A DNA stretch of 63,008 nt, counting the filler, from Olpidium bornovanus S191 (Eukaryota; Fungi; Olpidiomycota): the NCBI GenBank assembly GCA_017911155.1. It is 28 parts of 28 records of this genome, joined end to end, with 100 filler letters (N's around TTAATTAATTAA, not from the genome) between each part and the next. Parts side by side here need not be neighbours in the genome. Positions count along the whole stretch, not along the records: positions 1 to 1,344 come from JAEFCI010010740.1; positions 1,445 to 4,359 come from JAEFCI010003072.1; positions 4,460 to 5,590 come from JAEFCI010010609.1; positions 5,691 to 7,427 come from JAEFCI010002159.1; positions 7,528 to 10,904 come from JAEFCI010013046.1; 23 more parts are not named here. One strand, 5' to 3'. Each line of letters begins with the position of its first letter. The first letter of the stretch is position 1. The translations under genes and the position numbers were made by a program. The notes below the pieces were generated by a model that did not search any database, had not been told where the DNA came from, and saw only the letters and a program-made list of their open reading frames with translations. Below, piece after piece: positions 1 through 10,888 of the stretch.

Positions 1-98
1 CATGAAAAAAAAGGGGGAGGGGGAGAACACGAAACCACGCGGGAAACGGGCCAACTCCAAATCACTTCCTTCCCACTCGCTTTCGGTTTCTTGCTTAC

Positions 99-396
99 CC
101 AGGTTCAAGAGCAGCACGTCCGACGAGTACCTGCTGCCGTCGTGGCCGCCGAACACGAAGAGGTACGAACCGACTTGGCTGGACGTGTGCGACAGCCGCG
201 GGACCGTCACCTCGGTGCGGACGAGGATCCACGTGAACGTCGCTTGTGGGCCGCGAGGGACGGCGGCGGGAGGGGATATTTCGCGGACGGCGCGCGCGAG
301 AGACCAGAAAAACAGGCCGTGCCCCGGCCCGCACCGGGGAGTTTGTCGGGAGCGGAGGGGGAGATGGGAGGAAAAGGGGAAGAGAGTTTCGGGCGT

Positions 397-434
<38 letters not shown>

Positions 435-1209
435 ATCGCGATTTCGTGGGGCCCCAATTTCCCCTTCCCTCCTCCACGGCTCCCGACCCCGCTACGAACA
501 CCGGCCGTAGCCCCGTTTCCCAAAACAACAAGAGAAAAAGAAAACAAAAAAAAAGAAAAAAAAATCATGGAACAAAAAAAAATTCGCGGACGCTAACCCA
601 GGTCCAACACCGTCACGTCGCTGAAACAGTCGTGGCCGTCGGACCCGCCGAACACCACCAGCTTGTTGCCGACCACATTGCTGGTGTGGTACCCGCGGCA
701 GATCGGCTGTGCGCCGCAGGTTGCGACCCTCGTCCACGTCAGAGGCGGAGGGTCTGGTGCACCAGCGGGGCCCGAGCGTCGGACCCGAGCGTGGGGGGGG
801 GGGGAAACGGAAAAGGTCATTTGACCGAAAAACACACTCCCGCACGTGCGCATCAGGGGGTGACCCCGCGATACATGCGGTCCATTGCGCATGTCCCCGC
901 GGGGCAGGGCCCAAAAACGCGCGCGCGGAAAACGGGATAAAAAAAAAAAAGAAAAGGAAAAAAGGGGGGGGGGGGAAAATAATGAAATAAAGAAAATATG
1001 CGGCCGTCCGGGTTTGCATTTTTCACCGGCTCCCGCGTTTCCGGGGCCCCCCTCACCTGCGACGGCGAGCTTGTAAATGTCTTGGAGAGCGCGCGCGCCG
1101 TCGCCGCCCCCGAACACGTACATGTGCTTGTCCCACACGAACATCGTGTGCGCCCGCCTGGCGCAGGGAAGGTCACCCCTCACGGCGGGCCTCGCCCACG
1201 ACATATTCG
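99..1209 (-). CDS. Kelch-repeat (beta-propeller) protein, internal exons
   Basis: Exons 1209-1057, 753-598 and 242-99 splice in phase at GT-AG. They give three kelch blades: RRAHTMFVWDKHMYVFGGGDG, RGYHTSNVVGNKLVVFGGSDG, RLSHTSSQVGSYLFVFGGHDG. Confidence 0.9.
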
Positions 1210-1235
1210 CTTGAGGCAGGGCAGAGGGGCGCCGA

Positions 1236-1275
<40 letters not shown>

Positions 1276-1284
1276 GAGGGGGGT

Positions 1285-1322
<38 letters not shown>

Positions 1323-1344
1323 ATGCGGGGTGTTGTGCCAGGCG

Positions 1345-1444
1345 NNNNNNNNNNNNNNNNNNNNNNNNNNNNNNNNNNNNNNNNNNNNTTAATTAATTAA
1401 NNNNNNNNNNNNNNNNNNNNNNNNNNNNNNNNNNNNNNNNNNNN
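1345..1444. other. Artificial contig linker (44 N + TTAATTAATTAA + 44 N), first of 27 identical linkers
   Basis: Same 100-bp block with six-frame stops starts at 1345, 4360, 5591, 7428, 10905, 12826, 15017, 17343, 19118, 23851, 27736, 29010, 33807, 35454, 37354, 38848, 42297, 43607, 45575, 47022, 49707, 51563, 53039, 55310, 56440, 59143 and 60529. Confidence 0.99.
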
Positions 1445-1539
1445 CATGAAAGTTATGTCACTTATATTTTGCCACTTCCCTAACATTATCCAGAAAGATA
1501 ATCTCTCCGATCTGCTTTCTGTACCCTGAATGTTTGTGT

Positions 1540-1973
1540 TGACAGATGATCTCGTCTATCAGCAAGCAGGAAGCTTCCGCCCAGCGTGTTTCAAGATCTT
1601 CTCTTGTCTTCTTGGTGGACATGAGTTTCTGCTTGGACATGCGGAGTTTGGCCTCGGAATGGATGGTACAACCCCTGATGTTCACTGCAGCCATGCCAGT
1701 AGGTGTCGTCATTTTCAACAGTTTCTTGGCGTTCATGATGTTGAAGAATTCTGCAATGGCTGCAAAAATCTGAGATTTCTCTGTGCCAGCCGGGCCAGTC
1801 ACAGAAATCCGGAGAGGTCGAAGGTAATCTGGCACAGCCTGCTGTGAAGGTGATCCAGTCAACATGTGGCCTTGGTGGTTGACAATGGCCAAGAACGCTA
1901 GCATCTGCTCGTCGTAAAGCGTGTACTTGCGTACCAAGAAAGCCGCGATCTGCTGGAACATGTGGAGGCCCAT
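1540..1973 (-). mobile_element. Degenerate PIF1-family helicase fragment (Helitron-like)
   Basis: Walker A-like VTGPAGTEKS (G>E), motif Ia TPTGMAAVNIRGCTIHS, Walker B LLIDEI. Similarity is lost right after DEI. Confidence 0.7.
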
Positions 1974-2811
1974 CCACTCGGGTCCTGCATTAGAAGATCT
2001 GCAAGGCTAAAAGCAGAATCATTGGTCAGAAGGATACTTCAACTTCGTTTGCAATCAGGCTACAGCACGAAAATACGCTGCGACCCTAGGAGTGCCACAT
2101 CACAGACTGGCTAGAACGGGCTCTGGGATGCCAAGAACCATGTCCCGCAATTGGCTCTCTGGTAAGGCCCATAGCTGCGGAAGCGGAACCGGTAGGGTAG
2201 GAGCGGGAGCGGGGAGCGACGGGCCGAGCGGGAAGGGAAAGCGTTTGTTTTCTTGTTGTTGAGTTCGGGTGAGGGCGAAGCGCGAATTCACCTGTGGGCG
2301 CACTCCCCGTGGGGGAGGGGTTTCTTTACCCCCCGGGGAAGTCGTCCAGCCCAACGGGGCGGGCGCTTCGATGGGTGCGCATTGGAATAAATTGGTTTCC
2401 TTGTTCTGTTGTCATATGCTCGCCGTGACTCTGCAAAAACCGAAGGGAGCCAAACACCATCGTCCTCCTGCCATCCTTTGCCTCTGTTCACCGGAAAGGA
2501 TTTTCAAGCGTTCCTGACACCAATGCATTGTCTTACGGCCCGTACCATTGACGAAAACCCCCTCTGCTAAATGCACCGACTCTGCTAAACCTTACTCTCT
2601 TCTTTCCCCATTGCAGCGGTTCGAATCCGCCGCGAAGTCGGCTTACTCCTTCACCCACCTGCGCGAAGCACAAGTCAAACAACTGGTCCCTGGACGCACG
2701 GCCCCGAACGGCTCCTGACTGGAAATCAGCGGACGTGGAGCGGTGCCTGCTACGTCGGTCCCGAGTAGTCCCTGTGGCGACGAGCCCGGTTGTTTGGGGC
2801 GTTAAGGTAGT

Positions 2812-3300
2812 GACGTGCTGCGGGCAGTTTTTGTCGTAGAACTTGGCGCGGCGTGCCCTTACTGGCGTGGAAACACGGAGACGCAAACAGACGTGCTGTG
2901 GGCAGTTTTTGTCGTAGAACTTGGCGCGGCGTGCCCTTACTGGCGTGGAAACACGGAGACGCAAACAGACGGTCCGAGAAGTACCCGCCGGCAGTTCCTA
3001 CTGTCGAACTCGGCGAGGGCGTAGGTTTGCTGATGCAGCGGCACAAAGATGCGAACTGACGGCGCGACAGGCCTCAACTACTTGCGGGAGATTCCTACAG
3101 TGGAACTCGGCGGTGGCGAAGCCTTGCTGATGCAGAGACACGATGATGTGAACGGGAACGACGGTGGAAGGCGTGACGCCGAGGTCCCCTTTCCCTACGA
3201 CCACCTCCGAACCGGGGAGGATGCGCGAGAAGCCTCAGCTACCTGCGGGCGGTCCCTTCCGTGGGACTCGGCGGGAGCGTAGCCTTGCTGACGCGGCTGG
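2812..3300 (+). repeat. Five-copy degenerate tandem repeat (first two copies near-identical, 78-bp period), weakly ankyrin-like
   Basis: Copies at about 2812, 2890, 2978, 3076 and 3238. Frameshifted peptides such as CGRFLQW..NSAVAK-LLMQRHDDVN recall fungal ankyrin GRTPLSW..NGHEAVVKLLL..DDVD.N. Confidence 0.5.
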
Positions 3301-3514
3301 CTTCCCTGGAAGGAGGAGGGCATTAGTACCAAATGACGGGTCTCGGCGTGCGCTCTGCGTTACTTCTTTCGCCTTGTGTTTTGCTTATTTATTTATTTTT
3401 TTTTTTTTTTTCAACGGTGAAAGGGGGGGGTTTTGACGGGGATTTAAAAGGAGGAAGAAAAGGGGACAGAAAACGCGCAGACAACTATCCTCCTTTACGA
3501 GTGTGACGACGTCG

Positions 3515-3895
3515 GGAATGGCCGTTTTATACAATCCGATATCATCACGGTTGACGAGACAGATAATGCATCGCGACATTATTTTGCGAAGCGGAGTTCG
3601 CGTCATGATCGATGGCGACAAAGGAAGTACTATCGGCTCCGTTCGATTTTCGAGGCAATGGGCATGGATGCCGCCAAGGAGGCAACGAAGTTGCACAGAG
3701 ACAACAATGGCGCCATTGAGTTGGCAATTAGTTTCAAACGCACTTCGGTAATCGGGATCATCACCTCCGCCAATGCGTCGCTGACAAAGCTATCATCGTC
3801 GAGAATATTGCACCTGCTGTTAACCCCGCCGACATGTTCACCAAACCCCTGGAAAGGATAAAGTTGCAAGGTTTCAAGGGGATACTCGGCATATG
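3515..3895 (+). mobile_element. Ty1/Copia RNase H remnant, multiply frameshifted
   Basis: Across frames: CEAEFAS*SMATKEVL, IFEAMG...LHRDNNGAIELA, HHLRQCVADKAIIVENIAPAVNPADMFTKPLERIKLQGFKGILGI. These match Copia EAEY..ATKE, DNQGAI.LA and ADILTKPL motifs. Confidence 0.85.
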
Positions 3896-4307
3896 CGGCG
3901 CCCAAGGTCGGCAAGTAGCGGAACAAGCGCCTTGCCTGGGGACGGAGAGGACGGACATAACGTAGCTAGTTCCGTGTAAGAGAGCAAGAAAACCCTTCTC
4001 TGCTTTCTATCTCGCCTTTGGTCATCGCATTCGCGCACTCGCGCATCGTTCGTCTTCCCCTTCCTCCGTTGGCGGCATTCTAGCGGAGTTTTACCTCCAG
4101 CGAGAGTTGCCGTTTGGTGGTTGGTTGCGCGACACCTCCCACCCTCCCGTCCTCCCCGTCCACCTCTCTCCTTTACCCCCCCTCCCGCCCCCGCCCCCCC
4201 ACAACAACGGAAACCAAAAGCAAGCCCGGGAAACACCCGCAGTCCTCCCCCCTCCCACCTGCCGTCCGGGCAGACGCGGAAGCGGCGGCAGCAAGCAGCT
4301 CACCGCG

Positions 4308-4348
<41 letters not shown>

Positions 4349-4459
4349 CCGCCGCCCGCNNNNNNNNNNNNNNNNNNNNNNNNNNNNNNNNNNNNNNNNN
4401 NNNTTAATTAATTAANNNNNNNNNNNNNNNNNNNNNNNNNNNNNNNNNNNNNNNNNNNN

Positions 4460-4612
4460 GAAAAAAAAGGGAAAAAAAGGGAAAAAAAGGAAAAAAAAAG
4501 GAAAAAAAAAGGAAAAGAAAGGAAAAAAAAGGAAAAAAAGGAAAAAAAGGAAAAAAAAAGGGAAAAAAAAGGGAAAAAAAGAAAAAAAAAGGAAAAAAAA
4601 GGAAAAAAGGAG
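4460..4612. repeat. Pure purine low-complexity tract (GGAAAAAAA-like repeats)
   Basis: About 150 bp of only A and G at a contig start. Confidence 0.9.
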
Positions 4613-5699
4613 AAATTACCGTATGGACGGAGTGGCGAACGGCGAAACAAAGTGGGCTCAGCGAGGAAGGGCCAGGCGGCAAAGTCTTGACTGCGAACGG
4701 CGGTGGCTGGACGGCACACGAAGTTTGCGAAAGGCAACGGGAAGTAGCAAACAGCCCTCGGCCGCTGGTAAGACCTACGTCGCCACTGTCGGCACAGCGG
4801 GGAGCGACGCTGCGCAGCGGAAGCGGAAACGATGGCGACGACGGTGACGCCAGCCCCACAGCGCTGAGCAGCGGCGAAAATTCGTGCTTGGTTTGAGATT
4901 TTTGTTTGTTTTAAAAGGCCGGACTGAAGCTTCCGTAACGCCTGGCTCTTCCAGAGATGGCGCCAGCGTTAACCCTGATACTACTCACCCAGAAAAATAG
5001 CTTATTCATTCCAAGCGTTGTTAACCTTGGAACGGCATACGCAAACGAAACTCTATGTAATGTGCGAGCATTGCATTGCCCAATACTGCATTGCAATCTC
5101 CATTACTTTTAAGTTTTGGCGGGGAGGCATTTGGGAGGCAAACGTCAAGGGCGAATTCAAATTTCGGGGCGCGGTTTGTCGCGTTTTTATATTCTCCCTT
5201 TGACCCCGGGTTCCTGTAGCGGGGCGTTAACGTTTTCGCGGTTTGCAAGAAGCGCCAGAAGAGGCGGACGGTTCCTGATTTCATTGGACACCTTGTTTCC
5301 GGTTTGCCAAGGCTGTCCACGTCGCGCACGACTGAAACGTGCGCGCGAAATTCTAGTTGCCGGTAATAATAAAACGTGGGGGTACGTTTATCGTCGGATA
5401 TCTTCTTTTTAACAGACTTGGGTACGTGGCCTTAGTTAGCTTCACATTAATTCGAGCAAAAAACGTACGCATGAGCTTTCCGTAACGGATGTTTTGCAGT
5501 TGTCTTTGACGCTCCAGTTCTTGGACTCCTCAAGCCTGGTTTAACCGTCCCAGTGGGAAAATGCCCTGATGAGAAGCGAACCCCACTACCNNNNNNNNNN
5601 NNNNNNNNNNNNNNNNNNNNNNNNNNNNNNNNNNTTAATTAATTAANNNNNNNNNNNNNNNNNNNNNNNNNNNNNNNNNNNNNNNNNNNNACGGACCGT

Positions 5700-6065
5700 A
5701 GGGACGGCATGCAGTTGAGCTGCAAGTGGAAAGTCATCCATTGCTTGGCCGTTCGTTGTTTCTCCAACACGGCTGAATACGCGGTTCCCATCGTGGTGAC
5801 GTGCAGCAACAAAAAAGGGATGTTTAGCAATCGGGCATAGCCCACCTGGAACGCACTACTGTGATTCTCCACAACGCAGCTTCACGCACGTGCGCCATGT
5901 ATAAACGCCTGAACGCTTTCGTGGTTCTCAAACGCTGACGTGCAAATGCCAAGGATAACTGGGGGGGGCAACGCAGATCCTGTTCATGTGACTGCTCGGC
6001 CAGTGTCCATCGTCCTTGAGATTCGACAATGCCGCCTCCAGTTCCTCGAACTGTACATGCAATTA
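5700..6065 (-). mobile_element. Possible non-LTR retrotransposon ORF2/RT remnant
   Basis: FEELEAALSNLKD resembles EEL..AL..LK preceding RT domain 0. Frameshifted YARLLN/CPIA resembles YRPIALLN, followed by TMGTAYSAVLEKQ. Confidence 0.4.
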
Positions 6066-7229
6066 GCACTCGCGTCAGCTCTTCGTGTTGCTGCGCAAGT
6101 TGGGCATGATAGGCTTTTGGGTGTCCTCGCACCGAAAATCCAGGGATTTACTGACCGACACGTCAGATACCAACGCAGCCACACACGCAGTGAATCCGCG
6201 CTGGTTCCAGCCAATAACAATGCCCGAACGCGTCGACGGTGTGCAGGTGTGAGCAGGCCAAAATATCTTCGCTAGGGCTGGTGACCGGTCAGGCATGGTA
6301 ACATATAGTTGCAGTTGGTTCCGCAAATTCCCCGGCGTTCCGAGCGCTCGCTCGCAAGCTGCGGTCCAGTAAAGATATCCCTTGCCCTGAACGACCGCGC
6401 CAACAACGTCGAAAACCGAAGCGTCCTCCGAACAATCCCGAGCGCCTCGTGCACCTTTCTGGAAGCATATATTCCGCGATGCGTTCTAAGCGTATCGTCA
6501 ATTATTAGGAAAAAACGTGTGGAACAGGAATTGATTGAGGCAACTACGCTAACGAGAGTTCGAGAGCACGTTCAGCTAACAGGACGGGTGTCCTATCGTG
6601 TGCCGTGCTTGACCGCGCGGTGGGCAAGGTCCAATTTTGCTTCTGCAAACAAACCAAAGGAGAAGACGACGAGCACGGCGAGCAGCAACCTCGCCCCAAC
6701 CGAACGGGCGGGTAGAGGAGGGAAGCGTGCGGGGTATCTCCCGCCCCTCCAGCCGAACTGCGATCCCAGTAGCGAAAAACGAGGGTCGGTGCTCGTTGGC
6801 TACGCGGTGGCGTACACTCCGCGGCGCGCTCCCCAGACGCCTACCTGGCCTTTGCCTTCGCCCGGCGCGTACGCGGGCGACGTGCGTCGCCGAGAAGCAA
6901 AGCGCTTCTTCGCCGCGGGGGTTGCGTGGACGCGGGGCACGCGCGGGCGAGAGCGGGAAACGGGGGAAGGGGGGGGATCAGGAGGGGGAGGGGAGGAGAT
7001 GGGCAGGCTGGGAGGACTTCGGCCATCATTATCATTAGGAAGGCGGTTGAACGGGCGGCACGGGACATAATTTGCACGAAACGACTTTCTTTTTGTTTAC
7101 AGTCTTCCCTCGGGCAACTTTATCCCCGTATAATGGGGACAAGTCACAACTTGTTCATTACAGTGAGAGAAAGACGTGACGTAAGTGAATGGAAAAAGCT
7201 ATATGTGAGAGTGGTGTGAAAGAAAATAT

Positions 7230-7427
7230 ACAGCAGGGGATATCTACCGCAGCCTGGAATCAAGAGTATTTGAGTCGCGGACGACCCGCAGAGAAAATTT
7301 AATATCTCATGATCGGCCAGAATCTGTTTGCATTTTGCGTGGCCTCCTTGCTTGCTGAAAGGCAGAGTCCTATCCTCCAAGTATTGTTGACCCCATTTCC
7401 TCACAGAGATCTGCGCCCAGTGTGTTG
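7230..7427 (-). mobile_element. Possible fungal IS630/Tc1-like transposase fragment
   Basis: WAQISVRKWGQQYLEDRTLPFSKQGGHAKCKQILADHEI resembles the R.W...Y.....LP.S.QG.H....S.L.DED region of fungal DDE_3-like transposases (recalled pattern). Confidence 0.35.
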
Positions 7428-7627
7428 NNNNNNNNNNNNNNNNNNNNNNNNNNNNNNNNNNNNNNNNNNNNTTAATTAATTAANNNNNNNNNNNNNNNNN
7501 NNNNNNNNNNNNNNNNNNNNNNNNNNNCCGGAGAGGAGAAAGGTACGTCCTGCGCACCGTCGTCGCTGGCATCCCCCGCAGCAAGGGCCCTAGCCATCCC
7601 GCCCTCCTGCAACCCCTCGAGGAAGGG

Positions 7628-9472
7628 TTATATTCCCCGACAGCGGTCCGTCGCCGCAGACGGCGGTCTGCGAGAGTCCTTTCGCTGCGTTGCGGTTCCG
7701 TCTTTTCTTTGCGGATTCGAGTCCGGCCTGCCCGGCGGCCGGCGAAATTCTGCCGGGTCGGCCGCCGTCGGCGGGCGTTCGCCGTTCGGCCGCCGTCCGC
7801 GAGCGGCTCGGCGCGCGTCGCTCGAATCCGCCTCCGGGTCGCTCCCGTCCGCCTCCGACCTCGGCCGGTTTTCGGTCCGCGGGACGGGTATCCGGACTTC
7901 CTGCGGCAGATCTGCGCTTTGGCGACGCGATCCTGCACCGTCGCCGCTTGACAAATCCTCGCCGGCCGGCGTCTTCCCCCCGACTTCCGGGTCTTCTCCA
8001 AACTGCTCGGGTTCACGCGCCTCTTCCGCGGGCCGCGAAGCGGCCGGCTCGGTCTTGGGAAAAGCGGGAACCCGCAAGATTTCCAGCGGGAAGGTCGTGA
8101 TGCCGTTGCCCGTGAGATCCAGCTCCTCCAACGCCGGCAGGTTCGCAAGCGCCACCAGGCCGTTGTGCGAAAGCGCGTTGTACGACAGGTCCAATCTCTG
8201 CAAAGGCCGGTGCCAGGGAAACACGCCGCGCCGTATTATGGCGAGAGCAGAATCTGCTTCCACTCCCGACTTCGAAATCGGACAAAAAGCGGGCGACGAG
8301 CGCGGACGGTGACATACTAGCACGCCCGATCACGCCGGTCACCCTCCGGCACGTACAGTCAGACAATGGAACCGGCCCGTCGCGCCCGGGTCGAGATCCA
8401 CGATGCTGTTGAACGGGAGCCTGAGCACGCTCAACGCCGGAAATCCTGCCAGCATGCTCATCGCCAACGCGTTCTCCCCGGCATCCAGCTCGTGTAAGTT
8501 GCGAAACAACGGCAAATCGTCTTCCGTGACCCTGTAAAGGCCGTTGTTTGTGATGTCCAGTTTGAACACGTCGGAAGGGTCGGTGACTTGCGAACGATTC
8601 AGCTGGTCAAAAAGCGTGTGGCGCAAAAATCATGTGGTAGTATATTAGTTAGTGTATAGATGATTTATTGTACAGGTAATTTAGCTGTGTATAGATGATT
8701 CATTGTACAGGTAATTTAGATGCCACGATTGATCTCAGCTTCATTTTCTTTTGTTCCGCTTTTGTTTCCCACCCTCCGGTTCTGCCGCGGAGCGCCGTCG
8801 AGAGCGGAGGCTGCGGCGCCAGATCACCGGGCGCAGCGAATCACTAACCAAGAAGAAGCCGTCCAGCAGCCCGGGGACCTCGATGAAATACTCGCGGGGC
8901 TCCAGCGGAAACCGGCGGCTGTCGTCGTCCTCCTCCGGCCTCCTCTTCCAAAGCGCATCGGGGTCGGGCGAGTAGCGCGGGTGGCGGTAGGAAGTGTCGG
9001 AGATGGACGTCAGCGGCTTCGGGCGGCGTGTCTTGCGCGTCGTTGTCGGGCCCTTCGCTTTCACCGCGGCGGCGGCGGCGGCGGCGGCGGCGGTGGGCGG
9101 CGGCCCAAGGCCGGGCCCGGAACCGCCGTGCACGACGAGGCCCTCGACGCCCGGAAAAACGCCAGACGAGGGGATCGGGCCGGAGCGGCCGGCCCCGCCG
9201 CCGCCGTCGTCGTCGCTGCCGGTGCCGCCGGTGCGGGCTTCGCTCTCCGGGTCGGACGCCGGCGCCCTCGCGGCGGCGGCGCCGTCCCCGCCCGCGCGGG
9301 CGGCCAACCGCGCGCCTCTTCTGCCGCGGGGCCCGGGCGTGCGGCTCGGCGGCGGGCGGGCCGGACGGCGGGAGGCAGCGGCAGCGGCGGCGGGCGTGGC
9401 CGGCGAGCGGGGGTCCTCGGGGCGGGCAGGAGGTTCTGCGGGCGGCGTCGCGGGGAGCGGAGCGGTGGGCAT
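7628..9472 (-). CDS. XRRA1: XRRA1-like leucine-rich-repeat protein
   Basis: Exons 9472-8849, 8602-8357 and 8197 to about 7628 splice in phase 0. Product ..LDGFFL/LNRSQVTDPSDVFKLDI..FRNLHELDAGENAL..FPALSVLRLPFNSI..FHCLT/RLDLSYNAL..LPALEELDLTGNGITTFP is colinear with the XRRA1 N-terminal LRRs. The 3' end is uncertain. Confidence 0.75.
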
Positions 9473-9505
9473 TGATTTTTCGTTCTCTCAGAGGTTTCTC
9501 TCGCA

Positions 9506-9826
9506 AAGAGAGGGAGAGAGAGAGAGAGAGAGATGAGAGAGAGCAAGAAAGTGAGAGAGAGAGAGAGAGCAGAGTGAGAGAGAGCGAGAGAGAGAGAGAG
9601 AGAGAGCAGAGAGAGAGACGAGAGAGCAGAGAGAGAGAGAGAGAGAGTGAGAGACCAGAGACGAGAAAGAGACGAGAAAGAGACGAGAGATGAGAGAGAG
9701 ATGAGAGAGAGACGAGAGAGAGAAAGAGAGAGATGAGAGAACGAGAGAGAGAGAGAAAGAGAAAGAAGCAGAGAGAGCAAGTGACTGAAAGAGAGAGAGA
9801 AAAAGCAGAGAGATTGCGTCGCGCCA

Positions 9827-9857
<31 letters not shown>

Positions 9858-10226
9858 GCGAACTCCGCACACTCCGCACACTCGCGCCGCACTCGCCCCC
9901 CGCGGGCACAGTCCCTTCCCACCCCTTCCCCCCCCCTCCCCCCAAAATAAAAATAAAATAAAAATAAAAAATAAAAAATAAAAAAATAAAAAATAAAAAA
10001 AAACTCAAGCGAGCGGCAGAAACAGGCGGGCGAACAAACGGGAAAACAACAAACAACGACAACAACAAAAACAACACAACAACAAAAACAACAACAACAA
10101 CAACAACAAACAACCCACAGGCGAAAAACAAAAAAAGAAAAAAAAAAAAAAAAAAAAAAAAAAAACAAAACGCGGGGAGGGGCCGGCCCCCCCCGCCCCC
10201 CCCCCCCCCCCCCTCCCCCCCCCCCC
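9506..10226. repeat. Compound simple-sequence array: (GA)n, (CA)n(CG)n, (AAAAT)n, (CAA)n, poly-A, poly-C
   Basis: Read directly; fills the interval between the divergent XRRA1-like and SES1 start codons. Confidence 0.95.
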
Positions 10227-10242
10227 ACGTTAAACCCGCCCC

Positions 10243-10725
10243 ATGCTCGACGTCAACCTCTTCCTCGCCGACAAGGGCGGCGACCCGGAGAAGGTTCGCG
10301 AGTCCCAGAGGAGAAGGGGCGCCCCCGTCGCCGCCGTCGACGCCGTCGTGGCCCTGTACGACGAGTGGAGGAAAGGTGGCGTTGGCGGCGTTGCCCTTCT
10401 TCATCTTCTTCTCTCGCCCAGCCCTTCCCCTTTCCTTTCCTGCCTGGCGCTCAGAAGAGCGGATTTCTTATTTTTTTTTTTATTTCCGCAAGCCCGCTTC
10501 GCTCTCGACGAGCTGAACACCAGGAAGAATGCGGCACAGAAGGAAATCGCGAAGCGCATGAAGGCGAAGGAGGACGCGTCCGACCTGCTGGCCCAGAAGA
10601 AGGAGATCGAGGACCAGGCGGCCGACCTGGGGACGACGATCAGAGAGCGCGACGCCGCGCTAAAAGACGCCCTCGCCGACATCGGGAACATAGTCCACGA
10701 CTCGGTCCCCGTCAGCAACGACGAG
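10243..10725 (+). CDS. SES1: Cytosolic seryl-tRNA synthetase, 5' exons
   Basis: Exons 10243-10375 and 10493-10725: MLDVNLFLADKGGDPEKVRESQRRR..WRK/ARFALDELN..IGNIVHDSVPVSNDE. Confidence 0.95.
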
Positions 10726-10851
10726 GTCGGTGCGGAGGGGGGCAGCCGCGCCGTTGCGGTCGGACGGAATTCGGCGGGAAGTGGGGAAGGGGAGGGGAGA
10801 CCGGCCGGATCCCCGAGTCAAGCGACCTGACAGACCGAACGCCTCCGTCGC

Positions 10852-10888
<37 letters not shown>

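Noticed and set aside
1389-1400. TTAATTAATTAA as a biological repeated motif
   Set aside because: Always centred in 88 N; it is a synthetic six-frame stop linker.
2812-2971. CRISPR-like array (also considered for 8652-8720 and 37777-38030)
   Set aside because: Head-to-tail or two-copy duplications without unique spacers, no cas genes, eukaryotic context.
9061-10404. Long ORFs of the track over simple repeats (also 2-940, 8844-9881, 50467-51499, 61729-62451)
   Set aside because: Stop-free only because of GC-rich or microsatellite composition, or antisense shadows of real genes; no domain signal.
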